Virus record (IMG/VR): IMGVR_UViG_3300028388_000664
Location: 1 to 28,311 of that record
DNA length: 28,311 bases
Reading direction: 5' to 3' (one strand)
Source: a virus
Lineage: Duplodnaviria > Caudoviricetes
In this document: one piece after another, positions 15,966 to 24,706 of the stretch
Layout of the letters: every line of letters starts with the position of its first letter
How positions within the stretch are numbered: position 1 is the first letter of the stretch
Notes under the pieces: model-generated
Databases searched by the model: none
Told to the model about the DNA's origin: nothing
The model's input: the letters and a program-made list of their open reading frames with translations, nothing else
Translations under genes and position numbers: made by a program

Positions 15966-17186
15966 ATGCAATTTAAAGAATTTATCACAGAACAGAAAAA
16001 CACTCACATGACTCATATTGAGGACAAGGTTCTCTATGGGGGTGTGAATGGAACTCGTCAAGCAATCATGGCGCTTCGTGAGTTGCGTGATATGCTTTCT
16101 GGTCACAAAGGTGGTTCTGTTTCAGTTAAGTGGGATGGCGCCCCTGCAATCTTCGCGGGAAAAGATCCTCGCGACGGTAAGTTCTTTGTTGCCAAGAAGG
16201 GTATTTTCAATAAGAATCCGAAGGTGTACAAGACTCCTGCCGAAGTCGAAGCAGACACCTCTGGCGACCTTGCAGAGAAACTCAAGGACGCACTCAAGTA
16301 TCTTCCGGAACTTGGCATCGAAGGTGTCATTCAGGGAGACTTTCTCTTTGGTCGTGGCGACCTGCAAAAGAAAACCATCGAAGGACAACAATACGTTACC
16401 TTTCATCCCAATACGATTGTCTATGCGGTTCCTGCTGACCAGGCGAAGGATCTGCTTTCTGCCAAAATTGGTGTCGTATGGCATACTACTTACAAGGGTA
16501 GTTCCTTCGAAACAATGAAAGCATCTTATGGCGTAGATGTAAGTAAACTTCGTAAGAGCAAGAATGTTTGGTCGCAGGATGCAATCCTTCGTGACCTGAC
16601 TTCTGCCACGATGTCAGAAAAAGATACGAGGGAAGTGAATGAGTACCTATCAAAAGCAGGAAAACTCTTCAATCAAATCGCAGGATCAACATTGCGACAA
16701 CTCGAATCCAATCCAACACTTGCACAAACCATCGAAACTTTTAATAACACTTTTGTTCGTCGCGGTGAAGTTATTGGAGATTCGAAGAAGCATGTTGCGA
16801 AACTTATCCGCTATATTCAAGACAAGTACCAGAAAGAAATCGAGAAGAGGACGACCCCTAAAGGCAAGTCAGCGCAGGAAAAGAAACGAGACGAAGTCCT
16901 AGAATTCTTCTCTCCTCAAAACAGAGCATCTCTTGAAAAAATGTTTGAATTACAGAAAATGATTGTGTTAGCGAAACTTTCTCTTATAAATAAACTTAAC
17001 AGTTTGAAGAAAATTGACACATTTGTTCGCACCAAACAAGGTTACAAGGTAACTGGCGAAGAAGGATATGTGGCAATTGACAAACTTGGTGGTGATGCGG
17101 TGAAACTTGTTGATCGTATGGAATTTTCATACAACAACTTTTCGCCAGATATTCTAAAAGGATGGGACAGCCAAACAAGGAACTAA
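15966..17186 (+). CDS. Ligase-superfamily (covalent nucleotidyltransferase)-like protein, DUF6267-like
   Basis: SVKWDG (motif I KxDG), IQGDF, EEGYV, AVKLV; N-terminus MQFKEFITE. Confidence 0.65.
   Translation: MQFKEFITEQKNTHMTHIEDKVLYGGVNGTRQAIMALRELRDMLSGHKGGSVSVKWDGAPAIFAGKDPRDGKFFVAKKGIFNKNPKVYKTPAEVEADTSGDLAEKLKDALKYLPELGIEGVIQGDFLFGRGDLQKKTIEGQQYVTFHPNTIVYAVPADQAKDLLSAKIGVVWHTTYKGSSFETMKASYGVDVSKLRKSKNVWSQDAILRDLTSATMSEKDTREVNEYLSKAGKLFNQIAGSTLRQLESNPTLAQTIETFNNTFVRRGEVIGDSKKHVAKLIRYIQDKYQKEIEKRTTPKGKSAQEKKRDEVLEFFSPQNRASLEKMFELQKMIVLAKLSLINKLNSLKKIDTFVRTKQGYKVTGEEGYVAIDKLGGDAVKLVDRMEFSYNNFSPDILKGWDSQTRN
16985..16992 (+). promoter_or_regulatory. Internal T4-type late promoter
   Basis: Exact TATAAATA about 200 nt upstream of ATG 17188. 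Confidence 0.5.
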
Positions 17187-17187
17187 G

Positions 17188-17637
17188 ATGGCAAAGCCTC
17201 TAGGATTTAAGCATTTCGTCAACGTAGACTATACAATGTCAGGTGACCCTGAGTTGGCGTATCAAGCACAAAAAAGGCACCGTCACATCCCCACCGGAAA
17301 CACGGGAGAGTCTCTAGACTTTGCTGCTCGCCGTAAAAAAGCACGCGACATCAAAAAGTATAAAGCAAAGATTGCGCTTGGTCGTAAAAGAGCAGCACGC
17401 AAAGTAGCAAGCAAAGAAGTCTTAATGAAAAGAGCGCGTCGACAAGCACGCGACCTTCTCATGAAGAAACTAACCAAAGATATTCCAAAGAGCGAACTTT
17501 CTTTCGCACGTAGACAAGATATCGAGAAACGCCTAGATAAGATGGGACCGAGAATCAATAAGATGGCTCGGAAAATGCTTCCTGATATCAGGAAGAAAGA
17601 AATTGCAAGAAAACGTGGTGGAAAGAGTGCCGATTAA
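17188..17637 (+). CDS. Very basic hypothetical protein, probably head-internal/DNA-binding
   Basis: K/R-rich 149-aa ORF in the late cluster. Confidence 0.7.
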   Translation: MAKPLGFKHFVNVDYTMSGDPELAYQAQKRHRHIPTGNTGESLDFAARRKKARDIKKYKAKIALGRKRAARKVASKEVLMKRARRQARDLLMKKLTKDIPKSELSFARRQDIEKRLDKMGPRINKMARKMLPDIRKKEIARKRGGKSAD

Positions 17638-18958
17638 AAATTTTAGTCAATTCCTTATTGAAGAAGAGAGGGAAGTTTATTTTACCTTTGGTAGAATGAA
17701 CCCGCCGACTGTTGGTCATGGTAAGGTAATGGATATTCTTGCTTCTAAGTCGGGCAAAGCAGACTACCGTGTCTATGTTTCTCAGTCTCAAGATTCTAAG
17801 AAAAACCCTCTATCGTATTCGGACAAAGTAAAGCATGTTCGTAAAATGTTTCCGAAACATGCTCGCAATGTAATGGTAGACAAGAATGTAAAAACTCCAT
17901 TCGATGCCATGGTTGCACTTTACGATCAAGGATACAGAAAAGTCACTATGGTCGTTGGTTCTGACCGTGTTCGTGAATTTGATGTTCTATTGAAAAAATA
18001 TAATGGTGAGAAAACCAGAAACGGATTCTACAACTTTAAACAGATCGACGTTGTTTCTGCTGGCGATAGAGACCCAGACGCTGAGGGTGTCGAGGGCATG
18101 TCTGCCTCCAAGCAGAGAGCAAATGCTTCTAGTAATGATTTTGTTGCATTCTCTCAGGGTGTGCCGAAAGGCATGTCCAATGCTGATACTCGTAAACTAT
18201 TCAATGATGTTCGTAAGGGTATGGGTCTCAAAGAAGAGACCTCGTTTAAACGTCACCTTGAACTAATGCCTGTTTCAGTGACAAGGGAAGAATATGTCAA
18301 GGGTAATCTCTACGAACTCGGTGATACGGTTGTTGTTAAAGAAAGCGAAGAAGTTGGTATCGTCTCTGTACTCGGAGCAAATTACGTTATCGTTGAGTGC
18401 TCAGATGGCAGAAAACTACGCAAATGGATTGATGCAGTCGAACTCGTTGAGAAAATAAAGACTGCTCAAGATCCTGATATTGCAGACAAGAAAGGTTCGC
18501 AACCGAAACGCTATCATGCTGGTCTTGCCAAGAGCACCAAGCAGTCTCGCGATGCTCACTTCAAGAAACACGGTAAGAAAGCAGACGATGATGCTTCTGC
18601 ATACAAACCTGCTCCTGGTGACAAAGGTGCTAAGACCAAACCTTCCAAGTATACCAAAGCATTCAAAGATATGTATGGTGAGGACTGCTGGGATGGATAT
18701 AAGCAGGTTGGGATGAAGAAGAAAGGGAACAAAATGGTCCCTGATTGTGTTCCAGAAGAAGGCGGAGCAGGCGATTTAGGTACAGATAAACTCCGCAAGC
18801 GTTATGAGAAAGACACGCCGAACGAGCAACAGGATCCTGTAAAGACTGCTCGTGCAGATATTGAACGAGAAAAAGAACAAGACAAGAAACGTCACGACAG
18901 AGTCCTTGACCGCGCGAGACTTGCTCGAGCTCGTATGAAAAATCGGGAGACGAAATGA
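17627..18958 (+). CDS. HUP-fold (cytidylyltransferase-like) nucleotidyltransferase with appended basic modules
   Basis: FGRMNPPTVGH (HIGH-like), KNPLSY, VVGSDR, GMSASK (KMSKS-like); GTG 17627 after GGTGG gives MPIKNFSQFLIEE. Confidence 0.8.
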   Translation: MPIKNFSQFLIEEEREVYFTFGRMNPPTVGHGKVMDILASKSGKADYRVYVSQSQDSKKNPLSYSDKVKHVRKMFPKHARNVMVDKNVKTPFDAMVALYDQGYRKVTMVVGSDRVREFDVLLKKYNGEKTRNGFYNFKQIDVVSAGDRDPDAEGVEGMSASKQRANASSNDFVAFSQGVPKGMSNADTRKLFNDVRKGMGLKEETSFKRHLELMPVSVTREEYVKGNLYELGDTVVVKESEEVGIVSVLGANYVIVECSDGRKLRKWIDAVELVEKIKTAQDPDIADKKGSQPKRYHAGLAKSTKQSRDAHFKKHGKKADDDASAYKPAPGDKGAKTKPSKYTKAFKDMYGEDCWDGYKQVGMKKKGNKMVPDCVPEEGGAGDLGTDKLRKRYEKDTPNEQQDPVKTARADIEREKEQDKKRHDRVLDRARLARARMKNRETK

Positions 18959-19227
18959 TTAACTTCAAAAGATACCTTGACGAGAAACGTTATGCGATGT
19001 ATGACGAACTTGATATCAAGGAAGCACCGGACGGTCTTGCTGCGAAAGCAAAGAAGTCCGGTATCTCTGTTGGTACTTTGAAGAAAGTCTACAACCGTGG
19101 CGTTGCTGCATGGAAAACTGGTCATCGTCCTGGCACAACTCCTCAGCAGTGGGGCATGGCAAGAGTGAATGCCTTTATCGTCAAAAAGAAGAAGGGTGGT
19201 CTGAACCACGATAAGGACCTAGCATGA
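18955..19227 (+). CDS. Small basic protein, DUF5824-like
   Basis: LKKVYNRGVAAWKTGHRPGTTPQQWGMARVNAF; N-terminus MINFKRYLDE; family name from memory. Confidence 0.6.
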   Translation: MINFKRYLDEKRYAMYDELDIKEAPDGLAAKAKKSGISVGTLKKVYNRGVAAWKTGHRPGTTPQQWGMARVNAFIVKKKKGGLNHDKDLA

Positions 19228-20447
19228 AAAATTTTAAAGAAATTAGAGAAACAGTTTCTCTTGATGAAGCAAAGACAATCAAGATAGTTGCTGACACAAA
19301 CAGTCGAAAGTATAAAGAGGGCGAAGTCATCAAAACCTTTCCTGAAACAGATAAGGGTTTGACTCAAGCAATGACTTTCCAAAAAACTGTAAAGGACAAA
19401 CTCGGCATAGACACTAAAATGATTAGAGAGTCTTCTGATCTTGATGAAGCTAGATCTCCAAGACCTCCCAAAATGAAAGGTAATGACGGTCCTTATACAA
19501 GAAGACAGATCGAAAAAGCTGCTAAAGAAGCGAAGGTTGATATAGGCGCCAAATCGCGTATGATGATGGCGCTAAGAAAAATGAACGAGTCGGTTGAACT
19601 TGATGAAGTCTCTGCTAAACTTGCTCGTAAGGCTGCTGCAGCAAGTGCTGCTAAGAGTTTTGAATACGGCAGTTCTGCATATGGACCCGGCTCTGACAAA
19701 GAAACAGATCGCCTAGACAAGAAGGCTGATAAAGCTCGCGCTCACGTTCAGAAGCGTCAAGGTGATAAAGGTGTCAAGAAAGTCGATAGAATGACTGGTA
19801 AACTGATCTATGGTAGAAACGAAGAAGTCGAACTTGATGAAGGTCGCGGTGAAGCACTCAAGGCATTCGAAGCACTCGTGAAGCGTGGTGGAATTGATCG
19901 TGCTACTTTTCAGAAAGCATATGATCTGTACAAAGCAACTAAATTCAATGAGTTGAAAAAATTGATTCGTGATGCTGATACAGATGTTAGTGAAGCAATA
20001 GCCGATCTGATTCAACGTCACGACTCTAAAGCATTTAATAGCATGTATCCGAAAGCCAAGTCTGGTGATTATCTGCGTAACATCACGAGAGAATCAGCAG
20101 AACTTGATGAATTATCAATTGACACCATGAAGTCCTATCGCCAAAAAGCAGCTGACGATGTCGCCAAGAACAAGAAACCTGAGCAAAGAACCAAGGGTGC
20201 TGTCAAAGCAACAGGTAAGATTTATAAGAAAGAGTTGGGCAATCTACACAGAAAAGAAGAAACTGATGTGGAAGAGATGTCAACTCTGACCAAGATCAAA
20301 GCAAAAATTGCACGTGGTGTTCGTGGTCCTAGCAAGAAAGCGACACCTGCTATGTTCCGGCAAACAGGAAAGTCTGCTCGCAAAGTACAAAAAGGGGCAG
20401 AAAAATCTAAACAATACGAGATTGGTAGAAAGGCAAGAGAATCCTAA
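19224..20447 (+). CDS. Modular basic head-internal polyprotein
   Basis: MKNFKEIRE start; repeated xLDE linkers separating K/R/A-rich modules. Confidence 0.7.
   Translation: MKNFKEIRETVSLDEAKTIKIVADTNSRKYKEGEVIKTFPETDKGLTQAMTFQKTVKDKLGIDTKMIRESSDLDEARSPRPPKMKGNDGPYTRRQIEKAAKEAKVDIGAKSRMMMALRKMNESVELDEVSAKLARKAAAASAAKSFEYGSSAYGPGSDKETDRLDKKADKARAHVQKRQGDKGVKKVDRMTGKLIYGRNEEVELDEGRGEALKAFEALVKRGGIDRATFQKAYDLYKATKFNELKKLIRDADTDVSEAIADLIQRHDSKAFNSMYPKAKSGDYLRNITRESAELDELSIDTMKSYRQKAADDVAKNKKPEQRTKGAVKATGKIYKKELGNLHRKEETDVEEMSTLTKIKAKIARGVRGPSKKATPAMFRQTGKSARKVQKGAEKSKQYEIGRKARES
19599..19817 (+). repeat. Diverged module duplicated at 21536-21745
   Basis: LDEVSAKLARKAAA...DRLDKKADKARAHVQKRQGDKGVKKV vs LDEISAKLARKAAA...DRLDKKSDKAMAHVKKRQGKKGVRKV. 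Confidence 0.85.
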
Positions 20448-20794
20448 TGAAAAGATTGACTGAGTATCTGGAGATTGATGAGCATTGCGAGTGCAATGAT
20501 CTCTATGAAGATCTCGAACTCTCAGAGGCCGAATATCAAGGAAGGAAAGTCACTCTGAACGATCCTTTTCGGACTCCTGATGGTCCTAAGAAATTTTCTG
20601 TTTATGTAAAGAACGAAAAGGGTAATGTGGTCAAAGTCAATTTTGGTGATCCTAACATGGAGATCAAGAGAGATGACCCGAAGCGCAGAGCATCTTTTCG
20701 TGCAAGACACAACTGCGCGAATCCTGGCCCTAAGTGGAAAGCACGCTACTGGTCTTGCTACCAGTGGAGAGCTGGCGCTAAGGTAGACAATTAA
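20447..20794 (+). CDS. Small protein with acidic leader and basic C-domain
   Basis: MKRLTEYLE...ELSE then KKFSVYVK...VNFGDP...RRASFRARHNC...RYWSC. Confidence 0.7.
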   Translation: MKRLTEYLEIDEHCECNDLYEDLELSEAEYQGRKVTLNDPFRTPDGPKKFSVYVKNEKGNVVKVNFGDPNMEIKRDDPKRRASFRARHNCANPGPKWKARYWSCYQWRAGAKVDN

Positions 20795-20798
20795 TTTT

Positions 20799-20806
20799 AA
20801 TAAATA
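20799..20806 (+). promoter_or_regulatory. Probable variant late promoter
   Basis: AATAAATA (one mismatch to TATAAATA) in an intergenic gap. Confidence 0.45.
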
Positions 20807-20815
20807 TTCGTACTA

Positions 20816-21115
20816 ATGGGAATTGCGTCAATGGTCGAAAAGCAAACACAGACACAAAGACTTGATCGTATCGAAGAGAAGATCGACAAGTTGTCCGACG
20901 CGATGATCTCTCTTGCAAGAGCAGAAGAGAAACTCATTGCGATTGAGAAGAATAATCATTCACATTATGAGAGAATGAATAAATTCTCAGAAAAACTCGA
21001 TCACATTGAGAAGCAAGTAGATGATAACGCAAGAACTGTTAAAATTATTAACGCAATTATGTATGCATTAGTTGTTGCTGTGATAGGCGCAGCAGCTAAT
21101 ACTTTTTGGGGATAA
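20816..21115 (+). CDS. Coiled-coil protein with C-terminal TM helix (XhlA/holin-like architecture)
   Basis: RLDRIEEKIDKL heptads; IINAIMYALVVAVIGAAA TM; start may be 20831. Confidence 0.65.
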   Translation: MGIASMVEKQTQTQRLDRIEEKIDKLSDAMISLARAEEKLIAIEKNNHSHYERMNKFSEKLDHIEKQVDDNARTVKIINAIMYALVVAVIGAAANTFWG

Positions 21116-21127
21116 ACGGAGAACCCG

Positions 21128-22855
21128 ATGAACAGAAAAGACATAAAATCACTTTGGGAGGCATATCAATCGGTGGTCTCCGAGAAAGCAGTTTCTCAAC
21201 AGCAGCAGAAACTGATGGGACTTGCTCTCGCATATAAGCGTGGCGAAGTCGAAGCAGACAAAATCTCTCCCGAAACAAAGGCAATGGCAGACAAGATGTC
21301 CGAAAAGGATCTTGAAGATTTCGCCAAGACCAAGCATAAGGGTCTGCCTGTTAAAAAAGAAGAAGCAGAGCAGGTTGATGAAGGTCCCGATTATCTTGGC
21401 GACCTGAGAAGAAAGAAAGAGCGCGAAGAGAGAAAGAAGGCATCTCAGAATGATGGTGAGACGAATCGCCAAAAAACGATGCGCAAAGTCTACGGTAAGG
21501 CAATGGGTGGTCTTAAGAAAGAAGAGTCTGAAAAACTTGATGAAATTTCCGCAAAACTTGCTCGTAAGGCAGCAGCAATGAGCGTTGCCAAAGGATACGA
21601 ATACGGTCAGGGCGGAGACGATGACGATGAATTGGATCGTCTGGATAAGAAGTCTGACAAGGCAATGGCGCATGTCAAGAAGCGCCAAGGCAAGAAAGGT
21701 GTTCGTAAGGTTGGAAGACTTGCCAACAAGGCAATCTTTGGTAGAAGTCGCGCATTTGCTACTGAAGAAACAGAACTCGAAGAAAAGACAATGTATGTCG
21801 TTCGCTATAGCGGTCCCGACAAGAAGGGTGACTCCTCTCCGATGTCTAAAGACGCCGCAGAAGCTCGTGCTAAAAGAGGCAATGCTGTTGACAAGGTTGG
21901 TGGAAAGTACACAGTTGTTGCAGTCAATGCAAAGGGTCATGACGTTAAAGAGTCTGTTGACCTTCAAGAGGCAGCAAGTCCTCACGCAAAGGCTGCTGCT
22001 CATCTAGAGAAAATGGTTAAAGATCCAAAGTTTGCGCGTTTCTATGGTGATGACATTGATGACCTCAAGTCTATCGCCAAGGACCTCAAGAGCTCTAATC
22101 CAACTGACCATAAAAATGCAGCAAAGGCAGCAAGGAATCTAGATACAATTGTTAGAGACATTGTTTCTGATGCGGTTCATAAACACAGTTCGAAGGATGC
22201 ATCAAATATGTGGCACGATCATGCTGGCATGCGACGTTTAAAAGAAGAGAAAGTAGAATGCCCGAAGTGTAAGGGTGAAGGTTGTGACCACTGTGATGGC
22301 AAAGGTTATCACCAGGAAGCAATGGATCCGGTCAACAAGAAGGCACTCAAGAAAGACTTCGATGACCGTAAAGACAAAGACATCGACAACGACGGTGATG
22401 TTGATGGTTCTGATGAGTACCTACACAATCGTCGCAAAGCAGTAGGCAAGGCGATGAGCAAAGATAAGAAAGACAAACAAGCAGAAATTTCTAAGATTGG
22501 CGAAGCATTTGAAGATCTTTGGACTGCTATGAAAGAGGCAGCAGAACCTGCTAATCGTAGAAAGAACGCAACTCCGCCTGAAGGACTTATTGACAAAGAG
22601 TCCCCTAAGTCCAAAGAGTTTGTGGCGAAGCATGAAGTTGAAGTTACCGACGAAGAACCTACTCACGATACAGTAACTGCTGCTGGTCGTGCAACGAAAC
22701 CTTCTCCAACTCGTCCTGGCGACAACAAAGCAGGTGACAAAAACATTGTCAATCCTGTCAAGAGTGATGCACAAAGAATGAGAGAGAAAATCATGGATGT
22801 TCTTTCTGGAAAAACCTGGAAAGAAATTAAATCTGAAGCAAACAAAAAGGATTAA
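21128..22855 (+). CDS. Modular head-internal polyprotein (DUF3008-like N-module, CxxC zinc-finger module, DxDxDG loop)
   Basis: KAVSQQQQKLMGLA...AKTKHKGLP; CPKCKGEGCDHCDGKG; DIDNDGDVDGSD; modules separated by (L/V)xE linkers; GGAG SD. Confidence 0.72.
   Translation: MNRKDIKSLWEAYQSVVSEKAVSQQQQKLMGLALAYKRGEVEADKISPETKAMADKMSEKDLEDFAKTKHKGLPVKKEEAEQVDEGPDYLGDLRRKKEREERKKASQNDGETNRQKTMRKVYGKAMGGLKKEESEKLDEISAKLARKAAAMSVAKGYEYGQGGDDDDELDRLDKKSDKAMAHVKKRQGKKGVRKVGRLANKAIFGRSRAFATEETELEEKTMYVVRYSGPDKKGDSSPMSKDAAEARAKRGNAVDKVGGKYTVVAVNAKGHDVKESVDLQEAASPHAKAAAHLEKMVKDPKFARFYGDDIDDLKSIAKDLKSSNPTDHKNAAKAARNLDTIVRDIVSDAVHKHSSKDASNMWHDHAGMRRLKEEKVECPKCKGEGCDHCDGKGYHQEAMDPVNKKALKKDFDDRKDKDIDNDGDVDGSDEYLHNRRKAVGKAMSKDKKDKQAEISKIGEAFEDLWTAMKEAAEPANRRKNATPPEGLIDKESPKSKEFVAKHEVEVTDEEPTHDTVTAAGRATKPSPTRPGDNKAGDKNIVNPVKSDAQRMREKIMDVLSGKTWKEIKSEANKKD
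21536..21745 (+). repeat. Second copy of the module at 19599-19817
   Basis: Shared DNA such as AAACTTGCTCGTAAGGC and clear peptide similarity. Confidence 0.85.
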
Positions 22856-22858
22856 ATT

Positions 22859-23131
22859 ATGCTGACTCCACCCAATTGGTGCCAAAATGCTGTTCCAACA
22901 AGAAGAGGATGGGTAGATCCCCAAACTGGAGAACTACTCAAGTCCACTCGAATCTCTGATATTGATATTCAAGAGTATCGTGATGGTGGAAAGAAAAACA
23001 CCAAAGCACAGGTATTAACTGAAGCACCACCAAATAATACTTCTCTCGAAGAAATGACAGAAACTGAGTTGGATGCTCTTGGTGAACAGCAAGGGATTCA
23101 AGTCTTTGATTCTGGAATTATTTCAGAATAA
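22859..23131 (+). CDS. Hypothetical protein
   Basis: 90-aa ORF with AGGA SD; PTRRGWVDPQTGELL. Confidence 0.7.
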   Translation: MLTPPNWCQNAVPTRRGWVDPQTGELLKSTRISDIDIQEYRDGGKKNTKAQVLTEAPPNNTSLEEMTETELDALGEQQGIQVFDSGIISE

Positions 23132-23169
23132 TATAGATAAAGTTAGTCTATAATCTGTTTGGATATATT

Positions 23170-23526
23170 ATGAGATTAACAAAAGAGAACCTTATTCTCT
23201 ATGCTGCTAAAAATTACTACTCTCCGAAATGCATTGACAGCGAAGAATTTTTTGAAGATCTGAAAAAATTCAATTACATAAAAAGGTTGATATCCCGCTA
23301 TATTGAAACTGGAGTGCTTTCAGAGCGTCTGATACTCAATCATTTAATCATTATTTTTAATGCTTTTGGATATGAAGCAGGATTGAATATTCTCGAACTA
23401 AAAATCCATGTTGATAGATGGAATATTTTAAAACCATTCTTGATATTTTTGAAAGCGATTCAGAATGACGAATATACAAATATTGAGATGGACAAATACG
23501 TAGTTGAAAAGTTAAGGGAAATCTGA
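23170..23526 (+). CDS. Conserved hypothetical protein of T4-like phages
   Basis: EEFFEDLKKFNYIKRL...ERLILNHLII pattern; preceded by TATAGATA (23132-23139), a possible variant late promoter. Confidence 0.72.
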   Translation: MRLTKENLILYAAKNYYSPKCIDSEEFFEDLKKFNYIKRLISRYIETGVLSERLILNHLIIIFNAFGYEAGLNILELKIHVDRWNILKPFLIFLKAIQNDEYTNIEMDKYVVEKLREI

Positions 23527-24125
23527 TGGGTATTTTAAAAAGCGCAGCAGACCTAGTATACACAGTCAGATTTTTAAAACTTCTAGTAACCCCTTTTACA
23601 GAGACTGATGCTTATAAAGCAGGTATAATTGACGAGAAGGGAAATAAGAGAAAGGATTTTTCAACCAATAAAATTGAAAACAGAAAGTCTTACAGAGAAC
23701 ACTATACTGCTTTCCATCGACTCGTTTTTAATGTAAAAAAGATCATAGAAAAAGTTCCTGGTGGTTCTAGCAGGATCGCTTCCTATGCAGCTGCACTCTA
23801 TCTTATTAAAGAACAAGGTCAATTAAGCAATAAGAACCTAGAGAAAATTCACAATCAGACAGGCATTGATGTTCTTGACATTCTTGCTGAAACTTCTCAA
23901 TGGTTTATTTTAAAAGAAAATCAAATTTCTCCTGGCGTCTATAGAATGTCCAACAATACGATGACAACAATGTGCGAAGAAGTTGTGTTGAAAGGAGACA
24001 AAGTAAAGGTATCAGAAAAATCTTCATTTCCTGTTGGTGAAGTTTTTGGTGTGAATATATATGAAGTAACACATTTAAAATCAAATCAAAAAATATATGT
24101 CACCACAGGAGAAATCACTCGATGA
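23526..24125 (+). CDS. Conserved hypothetical protein of T4-like phages
   Basis: RFLKLLVTPF...AYKAGIIDEKG...FHRLVFNVKK...SYAAALYLIKE; TGATG coupling. Confidence 0.72.
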   Translation: MGILKSAADLVYTVRFLKLLVTPFTETDAYKAGIIDEKGNKRKDFSTNKIENRKSYREHYTAFHRLVFNVKKIIEKVPGGSSRIASYAAALYLIKEQGQLSNKNLEKIHNQTGIDVLDILAETSQWFILKENQISPGVYRMSNNTMTTMCEEVVLKGDKVKVSEKSSFPVGEVFGVNIYEVTHLKSNQKIYVTTGEITR

Positions 24126-24307
24126 AGTCTTTCAGTAAATTCTATAAAGAGATGACTGGAACGAGTGCAGTTGCCGGAGCAGGTGACGATTCCTCAACTG
24201 TTGTTGTCCGCAAAAAATACAATCGCAAAAATAAGCGCAAAGACATGGAACGTGTCCTCAGACGTTTCATGAAAATTAAAAAGAATAATATTGACAAAAC
24301 TCCCTGA
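24122..24307 (+). CDS. Small basic protein with capsid-targeting-like leader
   Basis: MKSFSKFYKE; AGGAG SD; ATGA overlap. Confidence 0.65.
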   Translation: MKSFSKFYKEMTGTSAVAGAGDDSSTVVVRKKYNRKNKRKDMERVLRRFMKIKKNNIDKTP

Positions 24308-24319
24308 AGCGAGTATACT
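24291..24319 (+). promoter_or_regulatory. sigma70-type promoter for the nrd region
   Basis: TTGACA-17 nt-TATACT. Confidence 0.78.
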
Positions 24320-24346
24320 TCCTAATTCACTTCAGGGAGATAATCC

Positions 24347-24697
24347 GTGTCGAATAAGAACGATCGAAAAATTGTTATTTTTAGGGGCGACGAAGAAGAC
24401 CTTTCCTGGGTCCATCAAATTCAAGATGAATATGAACAAAAAGGTAAATTAAATTGCCTTGTGTTTGTGCCAACGCAAGGCACAGAAGATAAATACCTCT
24501 ACTCCCAACTCTTTCTAGTTGAAAATTATGAATCTTCCTTAGAAAATCATTTTCTTTGGAACGGACTTATCGACGATGAAGAACAGAAAAAATATATTGA
24601 AGAAAGGGTTGAAGATTTTTTTGAGAAAGGTGAACGTCTTGTCATAGAACATTATGATTTTTTAGAGGACGAGCCGTTTTACGATTACAGCAGATAG
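24347..24697 (+). CDS. Acidic hypothetical protein
   Basis: GGGAG SD before GTG; 116 aa. Confidence 0.7.
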   Translation: MSNKNDRKIVIFRGDEEDLSWVHQIQDEYEQKGKLNCLVFVPTQGTEDKYLYSQLFLVENYESSLENHFLWNGLIDDEEQKKYIEERVEDFFEKGERLVIEHYDFLEDEPFYDYSR

Positions 24698-24706
24698 GAA
24701 CACCGA

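Noticed and set aside
21149-22924. Long minus-strand ORFs (284 aa, 167 aa) and other antisense or alternate-frame ORFs throughout
   Set aside because: Shadows of biased + strand coding sequence (F/L/C-rich mirror of K/E/A codons); no motifs or ribosome-binding sites
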